Positions 23,523 through 31,891 of a stretch of 64,000 nt of DNA are shown one piece after another; positions within the stretch are counted from its first letter, which is position 1; every line of letters begins with the position of its first letter. The stretch is from Clostridia bacterium (lineage in GTDB: Bacteria > Bacillota > Clostridia > UMGS1883). The translations under genes were made by a program, and so were the position numbers. The notes beneath the pieces were generated by a model. That model worked only from the letters and a program-made list of their open reading frames with translations. It was not told where the DNA came from and searched no databases. Where the stretch lies: the NCBI GenBank assembly GCA_017414645.1, contig JAFQLL010000017.1:6057-70056 (forward strand). Direction: 5' to 3'.

Positions 23523-25868
23523 TCATACTCCCGGAGGAAGTGCGTAGGGGTCAACGACAGGTGCGCTGACAGAAGGTGTGTTATCAGTAACGGGAGGATT
23601 TACCACAGGATTGTTAGCAACAGGCGGTGCCAGTGTTGTGGAACCGGGGTTGTTAGCGATAGTGTTGTCGATGGTTGGATTGCTATCAATAATGCCGTCA
23701 CCGTCTGCATCTATTCCTTCGCCCTCGGGTTCGTACTTAACCTTAAGTTCGCTGCCGCCGGGCTCTGTTTCTGAGTGAATGTCACAACGAGCCTTAGGTG
23801 CCTGATCCTTTGTGTAATCGCCAAATGCAAAGTTTTCACAAGCAGAGTTTATAAGAAGACCGCTGTCTGCACACACAAGATAATGGCGTGTGGTGTCGAG
23901 CTTGTTAAAGTCTCTGTATTCAAGGTCCGCATGAACTTTTTCCATTACGCCCTTCCACACTCTTGCAGAGGGGTTACCGGAAATGCCTCTCAATGAAGCA
24001 GGAATGTCGTAGCCGTACCATACTGCACCTACATAGTAGGGAGTATAGCCTACAAACCAACGGTCGTGGTTGTTACTTGTTGTACCTGTTTTACCTGCCG
24101 CAGGCATTTTGGAAAGTCGTGCCGATGTACCCGTACCGCCTGTAACAACACCACGGAGCATCTGTGTCATTGTAACAGCAGTTGTTTCGCTTATTGCAGG
24201 CTGAGGATCGGGTGTGCGGTCAAGAACTATGTTGCCCTTAGAGTCTAATACCTTCGTGTAGAAGGAGGGGCGGTAGTAGTAGCCCTTCGAAACAAAAGGC
24301 ACATACGCCGCTGCCATTTCAAGAACGCTTACACCGTCTGTAAGACCACCCAGACCAATTGCCGCATAAGCCTTATCGGTGAAGGTTCTTCCGCTTTCTG
24401 TTTCTCTGAAATCAACCAACGAGGAAATGTGATAGTTCTTTGTAAGGAAGTTGAAGGAACGTGTAAGACCCAGATTCTGCAGAATTCTTACCGCAGGAAC
24501 GTTTCTTGAGCCTGCAAGCGCTGCAGCAACGGTAATGTTGCCACGGAATCCGCGGTCATCGTTTCTGGGTGCCCAGCTGCCAATCTTAAGGGGAGCATCG
24601 GTAACAATTGTGTTGGGAACAACATTGCCGTATTCAACCGAGGGTGCATAAATTGCAATAGGCTTAATGGATGAACCGGGCTGACGAAGTGACTGTGTTG
24701 CACGGTTAAGTGTTCTGGAGGAGTCCTTGGGACCTCTGCCGCCAACAACGCCCGATACATAGCCTGTTGTGGGGTCAATAATTACCATCGCAGACTGCAC
24801 GGGAACTTCGCGGTTGGTTTTAGGGAAGTTAGAATCGTCAAGATAGTACTCGTCCATTATTGCCTGAATGTCCATATCCATAGCGGCATAAATCTTAAGA
24901 CCGCCTGAGTAGAGCATTTTTTCAGCAACGGCTTTTGTTACGCCCTTTTCAGCTACAAGGTCGTTAAGAAGCTGTTCTATAAGAGCATCGGAGTAGTAGG
25001 TTGTGGTTGAAATGTAAGCGTCTGTTTCGCTGGCATCAACCGTAACAACCATTTCCGCCTTTGCTGCATCGCGTTCTGCTTCGGTTATATATCCCAATTC
25101 GCACATTTTATTAAGAATTACGTTGCGGCGACCTTTGTTATTTTCGGGATTACGCTTGGGGTCGTACTTGGTGGGGAACTGGGTGATACCTGCAATTGTT
25201 GCACATTCAGCAAGCGACAGCTCGTCAAGGTTTTTATTAAAGTAAATCTTAGCGGCACTCTTAACACCGTTACACTGCTGAGAAAGGTAAATTGTGTTAA
25301 GGTACAATTCCAGAATTTCATCCTTTGTAAGGTCCTGCTCAAGAACATAGGCACGATAAATTTCCTGAATTTTTCTGTCGATGGAATAGTCGTCGTCGCC
25401 TGTTATGTTTTTAATGAGCTGCTGTGTAATTGTACTACCGCCATAGGAAGAGTCACCGCTGCCGGATATTTTCTTCTGAATGTAGGACATAGCAGCACCG
25501 AAGGTACGCTTCATGTCAAAACCATTATGTTTTTCAAAACGTTCATCTTCGATGGCAATGAACGCCTGCTGAAGCCTTTCCGGAATTTCTTCAAGGTCAG
25601 CCCATACGCGGTTTTCTTCATCGTAAAGAACCTCGAGCTGGTGAGCATTACCTTCATCATCTACTGTGTAGATAAAGCTGGTAAGATTAAGGCTCAACGT
25701 TTCCCTTATGTTTTCAACTGCGGAAAGGTCAGTGTTACCTATAACGCCTGCAAGAGCGCCCACAACAACACCGCCTGCAGCTGCTATCGCAAACAGAATG
25801 AGAGCAAACAGCGAAACAAAAAAGATTTTTAAAGCCTTGAGAAACTTATTAGATTTGTTTTGACTCAA
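23523..25868 (-). CDS. Class A penicillin-binding protein (transglycosylase/transpeptidase)
   Basis: GT51 motifs (AIEDERFEKHNG, GGSTITQQL); transpeptidase SSIKP (SxxK) and KTGT; Pro/Asn-rich tail. Confidence 0.93.
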   Translation of the reverse strand: MSQNKSNKFLKALKIFFVSLFALILFAIAAAGGVVVGALAGVIGNTDLSAVENIRETLSLNLTSFIYTVDDEGNAHQLEVLYDEENRVWADLEEIPERLQQAFIAIEDERFEKHNGFDMKRTFGAAMSYIQKKISGSGDSSYGGSTITQQLIKNITGDDDYSIDRKIQEIYRAYVLEQDLTKDEILELYLNTIYLSQQCNGVKSAAKIYFNKNLDELSLAECATIAGITQFPTKYDPKRNPENNKGRRNVILNKMCELGYITEAERDAAKAEMVVTVDASETDAYISTTTYYSDALIEQLLNDLVAEKGVTKAVAEKMLYSGGLKIYAAMDMDIQAIMDEYYLDDSNFPKTNREVPVQSAMVIIDPTTGYVSGVVGGRGPKDSSRTLNRATQSLRQPGSSIKPIAIYAPSVEYGNVVPNTIVTDAPLKIGSWAPRNDDRGFRGNITVAAALAGSRNVPAVRILQNLGLTRSFNFLTKNYHISSLVDFRETESGRTFTDKAYAAIGLGGLTDGVSVLEMAAAYVPFVSKGYYYRPSFYTKVLDSKGNIVLDRTPDPQPAISETTAVTMTQMLRGVVTGGTGTSARLSKMPAAGKTGTTSNNHDRWFVGYTPYYVGAVWYGYDIPASLRGISGNPSARVWKGVMEKVHADLEYRDFNKLDTTRHYLVCADSGLLINSACENFAFGDYTKDQAPKARCDIHSETEPGGSELKVKYEPEGEGIDADGDGIIDSNPTIDNTIANNPGSTTLAPPVANNPVVNPPVTDNTPSVSAPVVDPYALPPGV

Positions 25869-26027
25869 AGTTAATCAGTCCTTTCAAGAACATAGTTTGC
25901 CAATTATATAACTATGATTATTATAACTGAAAAGAATTAAAAAAGTATTACAAAATGAAAAAATATGAATATTTTAATAAAAAAAGGGAAAGATAGCACC
26001 AAAAAGAGTGAAAGAGGCCTGTTTTTT

Positions 26028-26414
26028 ATGAGAAATGTACGTTGGTTTTTACGGTTTTTTTGCATTTGCATAGTGGCATTTGCCGCAGGAATTGTAACAG
26101 GTTTTATAAAAAACGAGGTAAATAATAAACCGGAGATTGTTACCGAGCCCATTTTTGAAAATGCGCAGGCTGTCATTGTGGAGGAAGAAACCTTGGAGTA
26201 TAAGGAGAGCGAATTTTTGCACTATCTGGTGCAAAGCAATGGCAATTTGGTTTTACTTGAAAAGGTTTTTACCGACGGAAAGCGAGAATTGGTGGAAAGC
26301 TATACTGTTAACACAAGCGTTCTGCCAAAGGCAGACATAACCCTTTTAGAGGAGGGCATGAGCTTTGCCGAAAAAGAGGAAGCACTTTTAATGATTGAAA
26401 ACTTTGTAAGCTAA
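26028..26414 (+). CDS. Hypothetical membrane-anchored protein
   Basis: Start preferred at ATG 26028 (MRNVRW) behind AGAGG; a single TM helix. Confidence 0.5.
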   Translation: MRNVRWFLRFFCICIVAFAAGIVTGFIKNEVNNKPEIVTEPIFENAQAVIVEEETLEYKESEFLHYLVQSNGNLVLLEKVFTDGKRELVESYTVNTSVLPKADITLLEEGMSFAEKEEALLMIENFVS

Positions 26415-26529
26415 AAGTGCGTGTCGAAAAGTCGACACGCGACAAAAAATCTTGCTTGTGGCAATCTTTTTTGTCAATACTTTTTGAGGAACAAAGTGAC
26501 GATTTTGCGTGCAAGGGGCTTGAGATTAT

Positions 26530-26660
26530 CCGTTTGCGGTGCCCGACAACAACGTCTTTCAGCCGGTGTTTGTCGACCGCGGCACAACTCTACACTCTCG
26601 CTTCATCGTCCACAGGACGCGCTCGAGCTCGATTCCCTAAAATCGGCACTTTTGGAGTGG
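26530..26660 (+). repeat. Structured intergenic repeat family, divergent copy C
   Basis: Shares CCGTTTGCGGTGCCC...GACCGCGGCACA...GCGCTC..GCTCGATTCCC with copies A and B. Hairpins are kept through compensatory changes. Confidence 0.65.
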
Positions 26661-26748
26661 CAATGCGATTGCCCCTCCTATTTTATGCGGAAAACCTTCT
26701 TTTCCGCACCTTTCGCTATTGTGCAAAAAACAGGTTTATCTACAGTAT

Positions 26749-26777
26749 AAAAGCCGCATCAATCCGATGCGGCTTTT
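26749..26777. terminator. Bidirectional terminator
   Basis: AAAAGCCGCATC-AATCC-GATGCGGCTTTT. Confidence 0.8.
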
Positions 26778-26780
26778 AGC

Positions 26781-27065
26781 TTAATCAAGTACCTTTTTAT
26801 AGCCTCCGCTGCCATTGGAAAGGCAGCGGCTCACCCGTGAAATGGTGGCTGTGGATGCGCCTGTTTCTTCCGAAATGCTGTTGAAGGACTTACCTTCGTT
26901 AAGCATAGCTGCAACCTGAAGCCTTTGTGCCATTGCGTGCAACTCCTTTACAGAGCAGATGTCTTCAAAAAAGGCTCTGCAGTCCTCCTTTGTTGAAAGG
27001 CGTGAAATTGCCTCATACAATACGCCCATTTCGTCGGTATAGGTTTGTTTTGTATCTGTTTTCAT
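26781..27065 (-). CDS. yerC: YerC/YecD-family TrpR-like DNA-binding protein
   Basis: 94 aa; LHAMAQRLQVA...G.SFNSISEETGASTATISRV pattern. Confidence 0.85.
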   Translation of the reverse strand: MKTDTKQTYTDEMGVLYEAISRLSTKEDCRAFFEDICSVKELHAMAQRLQVAAMLNEGKSFNSISEETGASTATISRVSRCLSNGSGGYKKVLD

Positions 27066-27075
27066 ACTGCACCTC

Positions 27076-27864
27076 TTAAGAGAGCTTTTGTAAAAATGCC
27101 TGTGTTCTGGGGTTTTTGGGGTTTCTCAAAACCTCATCGGGTGTGCCTTCCTCGGCAATAACGCCCTTATCCATAAAAATAACCTTGTCGGAAACTGAAT
27201 ATGCAAAGTCAATTTCGTGGGTTACAATAATCATTGTAATGTGCTCCTGTGCCAGCTGGCGGATAACCTTTAAAATTTCGCCTGTCAATTCCGGGTCAAG
27301 AGCGCTTGTGGGCTCGTCGAAGAAAAGCACTCTGGGCTTTAGTGCCAGGGCTCTTGCGATGGAAACTCTCTGCTTCTGCCCGCCTGAGAGCTGACAGGGG
27401 TAGCTTGAAAGCTTTTCGCTAAGACCAACGCTTTTTAAAATTGCCTTTGCGTTTTCTTCAATTTCATGAAGGATTTCCTTTTTGTTTTCCTTATAGTCTG
27501 CTCGCTCCTTTGCCAGAAGGCGGGGAGCAAGGGTTACGTTTTCAAGCACGCTGTACTGGGGGAACAAATTAAAGTCCTGGAAAACAAGCCCTAAGGAAAG
27601 CTGCTTTTCTCTTAGTTCCTTCTGGGTGTATTTAACTCTGGAATCTGCATCGATAAAAAGGTTGCCGTCAAGAAAAACCTTGCCGCCGTTGGCATTTTCC
27701 AGAAGGTTAATACAGCGAAGAAGAGTTGTTTTACCGCTGCCCGAGGAGCCTATAACAGAAACAACCTGACCTTCCTCCATTGAAAAGTTAATGTCCATAA
27801 GAACCTTTGTTTTGCCAAAGTGCGTGGAAAGGTTTTTAACCTCAAGTATTTTATTATTACTCAT
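27076..27864 (-). CDS. Amino-acid ABC transporter ATP-binding protein
   Basis: Walker A GSSGSGKTT, signature LSGGQKQR, Walker B LFFDEPTSALD. Confidence 0.93.
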   Translation of the reverse strand: MSNNKILEVKNLSTHFGKTKVLMDINFSMEEGQVVSVIGSSGSGKTTLLRCINLLENANGGKVFLDGNLFIDADSRVKYTQKELREKQLSLGLVFQDFNLFPQYSVLENVTLAPRLLAKERADYKENKKEILHEIEENAKAILKSVGLSEKLSSYPCQLSGGQKQRVSIARALALKPRVLFFDEPTSALDPELTGEILKVIRQLAQEHITMIIVTHEIDFAYSVSDKVIFMDKGVIAEEGTPDEVLRNPKNPRTQAFLQKLS

Positions 27865-27877
27865 TCAAAACCCCTCC

Positions 27878-28624
27878 TTAGCTGAAATAATTAAGCTTCT
27901 TTTCAATTTTGCCGAAAAGAACAGTAAGCACACCGCAGAATACAAGATAGAATATTGCAGTGTAGAACAGCGGCCACAAAAGACCCTTGCTTACAAACTT
28001 CTGACCTGCCCAGATAACCTCGTAGAGCATAATTGTTCTTGCAAGGGAGGTGTCCTTTACCAATGTAATTATTTCGTTGCTCATGGGAGGCACAATGTGC
28101 TTTACAACCTGCAACAGCACAATGCGGAAGAACACCTGACTCTTTTTAAGGCCAAGCACCTGACCTGCCTCGTACTGTCCCTTGGGAACAGACTCAATGC
28201 CGCCACGGTAAATTTCGGAAAAATAGCAGGCATAGTTAATTACAAAGGTAATTATAACAGCAGGGAAGTTCGAAAGCCCTTTAATGCCAAAAAGAATGGA
28301 CGGACCGTAGTACACAACCAGCAGCTGAAGCATGAGGGGAGTGCCGCGGATTATCCATACAAATATACGTGTTAAAAAGCTTATGGGTTTAAAATTGGCA
28401 ACAAACGCAAAAAAAGAGCTAAATGCATTTTTCTTAGCCTTGTCGCCCGAATGAAAAATTTCAATAAATTTGAAGGGTGCCCATTTCGACATGGAGCCGA
28501 ATGTGATTATAAGCCCCAAAGGCAGGGCAAACAAAAGGGTGAGGGCAAAAATCTGCAGTGTAACACCGAAGCCTTCTGCAAGCTTAGCAGTTACAACCAT
28601 CAAATCCTTTAACGTAATAGCCAT
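27878..28624 (-). CDS. Amino-acid ABC transporter permease
   Basis: Polar amino-acid permease layout with an EAA-like loop (YEAGQVLGLKKSQVFFRIVLLQ). Confidence 0.88.
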   Translation of the reverse strand: MAITLKDLMVVTAKLAEGFGVTLQIFALTLLFALPLGLIITFGSMSKWAPFKFIEIFHSGDKAKKNAFSSFFAFVANFKPISFLTRIFVWIIRGTPLMLQLLVVYYGPSILFGIKGLSNFPAVIITFVINYACYFSEIYRGGIESVPKGQYEAGQVLGLKKSQVFFRIVLLQVVKHIVPPMSNEIITLVKDTSLARTIMLYEVIWAGQKFVSKGLLWPLFYTAIFYLVFCGVLTVLFGKIEKKLNYFS

Positions 28625-28698
28625 CGTAATACCTCATTCAAACGCATAAATTGAGGCTGCATTGAGCAGCCCCAATTTTATGTACAAATCAGTTTAAA

Positions 28699-29490
28699 TT
28701 ATTTAACAAGTGCAAGTGTGTACTTTTCAGCAAGAGCATCGAGTGTGCCGTCTGCCATAAGCTCAGCCATAATTGTGTTGAATTCGTCAACAAGGGGAGA
28801 GCCCTTCTTGAATGCTACGCCGTATTCTTCGCTTGTAAGCTCCATTGCAATTGCAAGAGAATCGAAGTCTGTGCCTTCCTTAAGCATGGACTGTGCCATT
28901 GTAATGTCGATTACACAAGCGTCAGCCTTGCCTGCAACAACCTGAAGAAGAGCTGTTGTCTGAACGTCAACCTCTACAAGGTTGCATTCAACGCCAGAAT
29001 CTGTAACTGCGGAAGCACCGGCACTGCCCATTTCAGCAGCAACTGTAAGACCACTAAGAGCATCAGCGGAAGTAAGCTCAGCAGCCTTTTCAGCTGTTGT
29101 AACAACAACCTGAGCGTTCTTTACATAGGGGTTGGAAACAGAAGCGTTAGCCTTAGCTTCGTCTGTAATTGTCATACCGTTCCATACGCAGTCAAATTCG
29201 CCTGCTTCAAGAGCAATGAACTTTGTGCCCCAGTCGATTTCGATAAATTCAACACCGTCAAAGCCTGCCTTGTCAGCAAAAGCCTTGGCAAATTCTGTGT
29301 CGAAGCCTGTGAGCTCGCCGTTTTCGTCTTCATAGTTCATGGGTTCATAAATTGTCATACCAACAACTAATGTACCGCGGGATTCTTCAGTTGCATCTGT
29401 GGGAGCAACAACGTCTTCTGTATTGCCGCCGCAAGCTGCAAGAGCAAATACAAGGCATAAAGCCAATACAAGTGATAAAAGTTTTTTCAT
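28699..29490 (-). CDS. Amino-acid ABC transporter substrate-binding lipoprotein
   Basis: Lipobox LAACG; family-3 SBP layout. Confidence 0.85.
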   Translation of the reverse strand: MKKLLSLVLALCLVFALAACGGNTEDVVAPTDATEESRGTLVVGMTIYEPMNYEDENGELTGFDTEFAKAFADKAGFDGVEFIEIDWGTKFIALEAGEFDCVWNGMTITDEAKANASVSNPYVKNAQVVVTTAEKAAELTSADALSGLTVAAEMGSAGASAVTDSGVECNLVEVDVQTTALLQVVAGKADACVIDITMAQSMLKEGTDFDSLAIAMELTSEEYGVAFKKGSPLVDEFNTIMAELMADGTLDALAEKYTLALVK

Positions 29491-29548
29491 GGTAAAATAC
29501 CTCCGTAAAATAATGTTTTTTAGCCTTTTTTCTAAAAACTATGTTGCT

Positions 29549-29577
29549 ATTGTAGCACTTTAGTGCACTAAAGTCAA
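29549..29577 (-). promoter_or_regulatory. Promoter TTGACT-17-TACAAT with a perfect 16-bp palindrome in the spacer
   Basis: -35 at 29577-29572, -10 at 29554-29549. CTTTAGTGCACTAAAG at 29558-29573. Confidence 0.6.
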
Positions 29578-29616
29578 CCCCTTTTTTGAAAAAATTGTAA
29601 GAATATTTAAAAACAC

Positions 29617-29644
29617 AAAAAAACGCCCGAAAACAGGGCGTTTC
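29617..29644 (-). terminator. Terminator of the isomerase gene
   Basis: Minus strand: GAAACGCCCTGTTTTCGGGCGTTTTTTT. Confidence 0.75.
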
Positions 29645-29653
29645 TTATGCGCT

Positions 29654-30454
29654 TTATTCGTATTTTTCAAGGTTTTCAAATGCCTTTACAGCATCCTTTT
29701 CGTTTATTTCCTCGCAAATAAAGGGAACATCAAGCCCAAGAGCCTTCAATCTCTCAAAAATGAGGCTGTAATTAAGCATGCCTTCACCGGGAATTGCCGA
29801 CTTGACCCTTCCGTTTTCAATAACAAAATCCTTTGCGTGGATAATTGCAATCTTGTCACCCAAAAGGTCAAACATGGTGTTTATCATTTCGTTCTGCTTT
29901 TGGTAGTTATTTATTGTAATGTAGTTGCAGGGGTCAAAAATGACCTTTACATTGTCGCTTCCAATGTCGTTAACCAGCTTTGCAAGCTTTTCTGGCTTGT
30001 TTATAACATGGAAATGAACGCCCTCAATGCCTATTGTAACACCATACTTTTCTGCCTCACAAGCAAGTTCCTTCATGCTTTTAAGAAGGGTGGCATAGGC
30101 TTCTTCACTGTCATTTTCGCCATCACGGTAGCTGCAGGTTTCGGTGCCCACCAAAATGGGGTTAAGAACGGTTGCATAGCGTATTTTTTCTTTAAACCTT
30201 GCCAGGTCGTAGCTTAATGCATCGCTGTCGCTGTTTGATGGGTTAATGTAGCTGCCCAGCACCGCAACCTTTGTGCCGTCAAGCATTTCTTTAATCTCGC
30301 TTGCATATTCTTCCGAAAACTTGCCGAACTCAAAGCCCTCAACACTTCTTTCACATACAAGCTGAATGTAGGGGAGGTCAACCTCTTTGCACCTTTCACA
30401 TATGGCAACCAAACCTTTTCTTTCAACGTCATGACCACGTATACCTTTTTTCAT
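29654..30454 (-). CDS. Sugar phosphate isomerase/epimerase (xylose-isomerase-like TIM barrel)
   Basis: TIM-barrel family layout. Start set at ATG 30454 behind GAGGTG. Confidence 0.75.
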   Translation of the reverse strand: MKKGIRGHDVERKGLVAICERCKEVDLPYIQLVCERSVEGFEFGKFSEEYASEIKEMLDGTKVAVLGSYINPSNSDSDALSYDLARFKEKIRYATVLNPILVGTETCSYRDGENDSEEAYATLLKSMKELACEAEKYGVTIGIEGVHFHVINKPEKLAKLVNDIGSDNVKVIFDPCNYITINNYQKQNEMINTMFDLLGDKIAIIHAKDFVIENGRVKSAIPGEGMLNYSLIFERLKALGLDVPFICEEINEKDAVKAFENLEKYE

Positions 30455-30534
30455 AAAAATCACCTCAATAAAGCGATTTTATCATACAAAATAGGGAAGT
30501 GCAAGGGTAATGTAAAAAAGCATTTTAAATGCTT

Positions 30535-30737
30535 CAACCCCCTCTTCCGTTTGCGGTACCCTGTATCAACTTCGCTAATCCGCTCGTTGATGACAGACCG
30601 CGGCACAGCTCTGCGCATTCGCTCAATCATCCACTGGATGCGCTCATGCTCGATTCCCCCAATCTTGGGGGACGAAAAGGTAAGCTTTTATTTCATAAGC
30701 AAATATGCGCACATTCTGCGCGCAATTTCCTATATGA
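30535..30737 (+). repeat. Structured intergenic repeat family, copy B
   Basis: Near-identical to copy A over ~148 nt, then alignable with compensatory hairpin changes. Confidence 0.8.
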
Positions 30738-30768
30738 TAAAAACAGCGTGGAGAATTACTCCACGCTG
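30737..30768 (-). terminator. Terminator of the RHS operon
   Basis: Minus strand: CAGCGTGGAG-TAAT-TCTCCACGCTG followed by TTTTTAT. Confidence 0.65.
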
Positions 30769-30875
30769 AACTAATTAAGCTGTAAAATTTGAGGCGACGT
30801 CAAAGCTGTCAACACAACAGAACTGTAGCCTTGGGTTCCGGTATTCACACTAACCGTCCCCTTGTGCTGTTTATG

Positions 30876-31871
30876 TCACCATACTTTTTCATGAACAGTG
30901 CCGTTTGTATTAATTCGATACAACTTGTCATCTATATTGTAAAAATAAACCCAATCATCTATAATGTTAATTCCGTTTCGAGCAACCTTTATATTAGAAA
31001 GTTTTTGTTCTAAAGTTCCGTCCGTTTTAATTTTGTATAGATTAGAATCTTTTTCTTTAACAAAATATATCCAATCATCTTGAATATTAAAATTACTGCA
31101 CTGGTCATAAGTTATTTGAGAATACTGTAGGGAATCAATATCTATTTTAGCAATACCATAACCTTTTAGATGGCCGGAAATAAAATACATATCATTGTCA
31201 ACAAACAAAACATTGTTTTTAGAAAGTTGCTTTAAATCCTCATCGAAATCAATACTTTTGATAACATCTCCATCTAATGACAAAAGTAAAATGTTATTAG
31301 ATTCTGTATAGATTATGTTATCAATAATATTAAATTCATCTACGGCAAAAGTTGTAAGTTGAGTAATTTCCGTTCCGTCATATTTTGCCTTGTACAAGCA
31401 ATTTGTAGGGAAACTTTCGCAATTTGTATAGTAAATCCAACCATCATATGCGATTAGTCTATGTGTGGTTATGCCTTTTATTTTAGACATCGTATTAGTT
31501 TTTAAATCTCGACAATAAAGCGAGGGGGGAGAAAAACCACCCCAACCTTCGTATCGAATAATGAACATTAAATCCCCAACCACATTAAGATTGATACCGC
31601 TTTTGATTCCTAAAGTTGCTTGTTTCTTACTGCTTTCATTAAAAGCATATGAGTGGAAAAATTCTTGACAATATATCCATTCACCTTGCTTTGACACAAA
31701 AGCATTGTTTGCAATATTTCCGTTTGTATTGCCTGCAACATTCTCTTGTGCCAAATCTATGCTGTTGATAATATGTTTATTTTTAATGCTAATGTAAAAA
31801 CAAACAACAATTAGAACAGCAATAAATAGACATATAATAAATAGAAATATTCGGCGATAATCTTTCTTCAT
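30876..31871 (-). CDS. Membrane-anchored beta-propeller repeat protein (DUF5050-like); candidate immunity/accessory protein
   Basis: N-terminal TM helix. Repeated D(D/G)W(I/V)Y(F/Y)...LY(K/R)I..(D/N)G blades. GGAGG RBS 20 nt after the RHS stop. Confidence 0.75.
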   Translation of the reverse strand: MKKDYRRIFLFIICLFIAVLIVVCFYISIKNKHIINSIDLAQENVAGNTNGNIANNAFVSKQGEWIYCQEFFHSYAFNESSKKQATLGIKSGINLNVVGDLMFIIRYEGWGGFSPPSLYCRDLKTNTMSKIKGITTHRLIAYDGWIYYTNCESFPTNCLYKAKYDGTEITQLTTFAVDEFNIIDNIIYTESNNILLLSLDGDVIKSIDFDEDLKQLSKNNVLFVDNDMYFISGHLKGYGIAKIDIDSLQYSQITYDQCSNFNIQDDWIYFVKEKDSNLYKIKTDGTLEQKLSNIKVARNGINIIDDWVYFYNIDDKLYRINTNGTVHEKVW

Positions 31872-31891
31872 TCATTTGCCTCCTGTTACAA

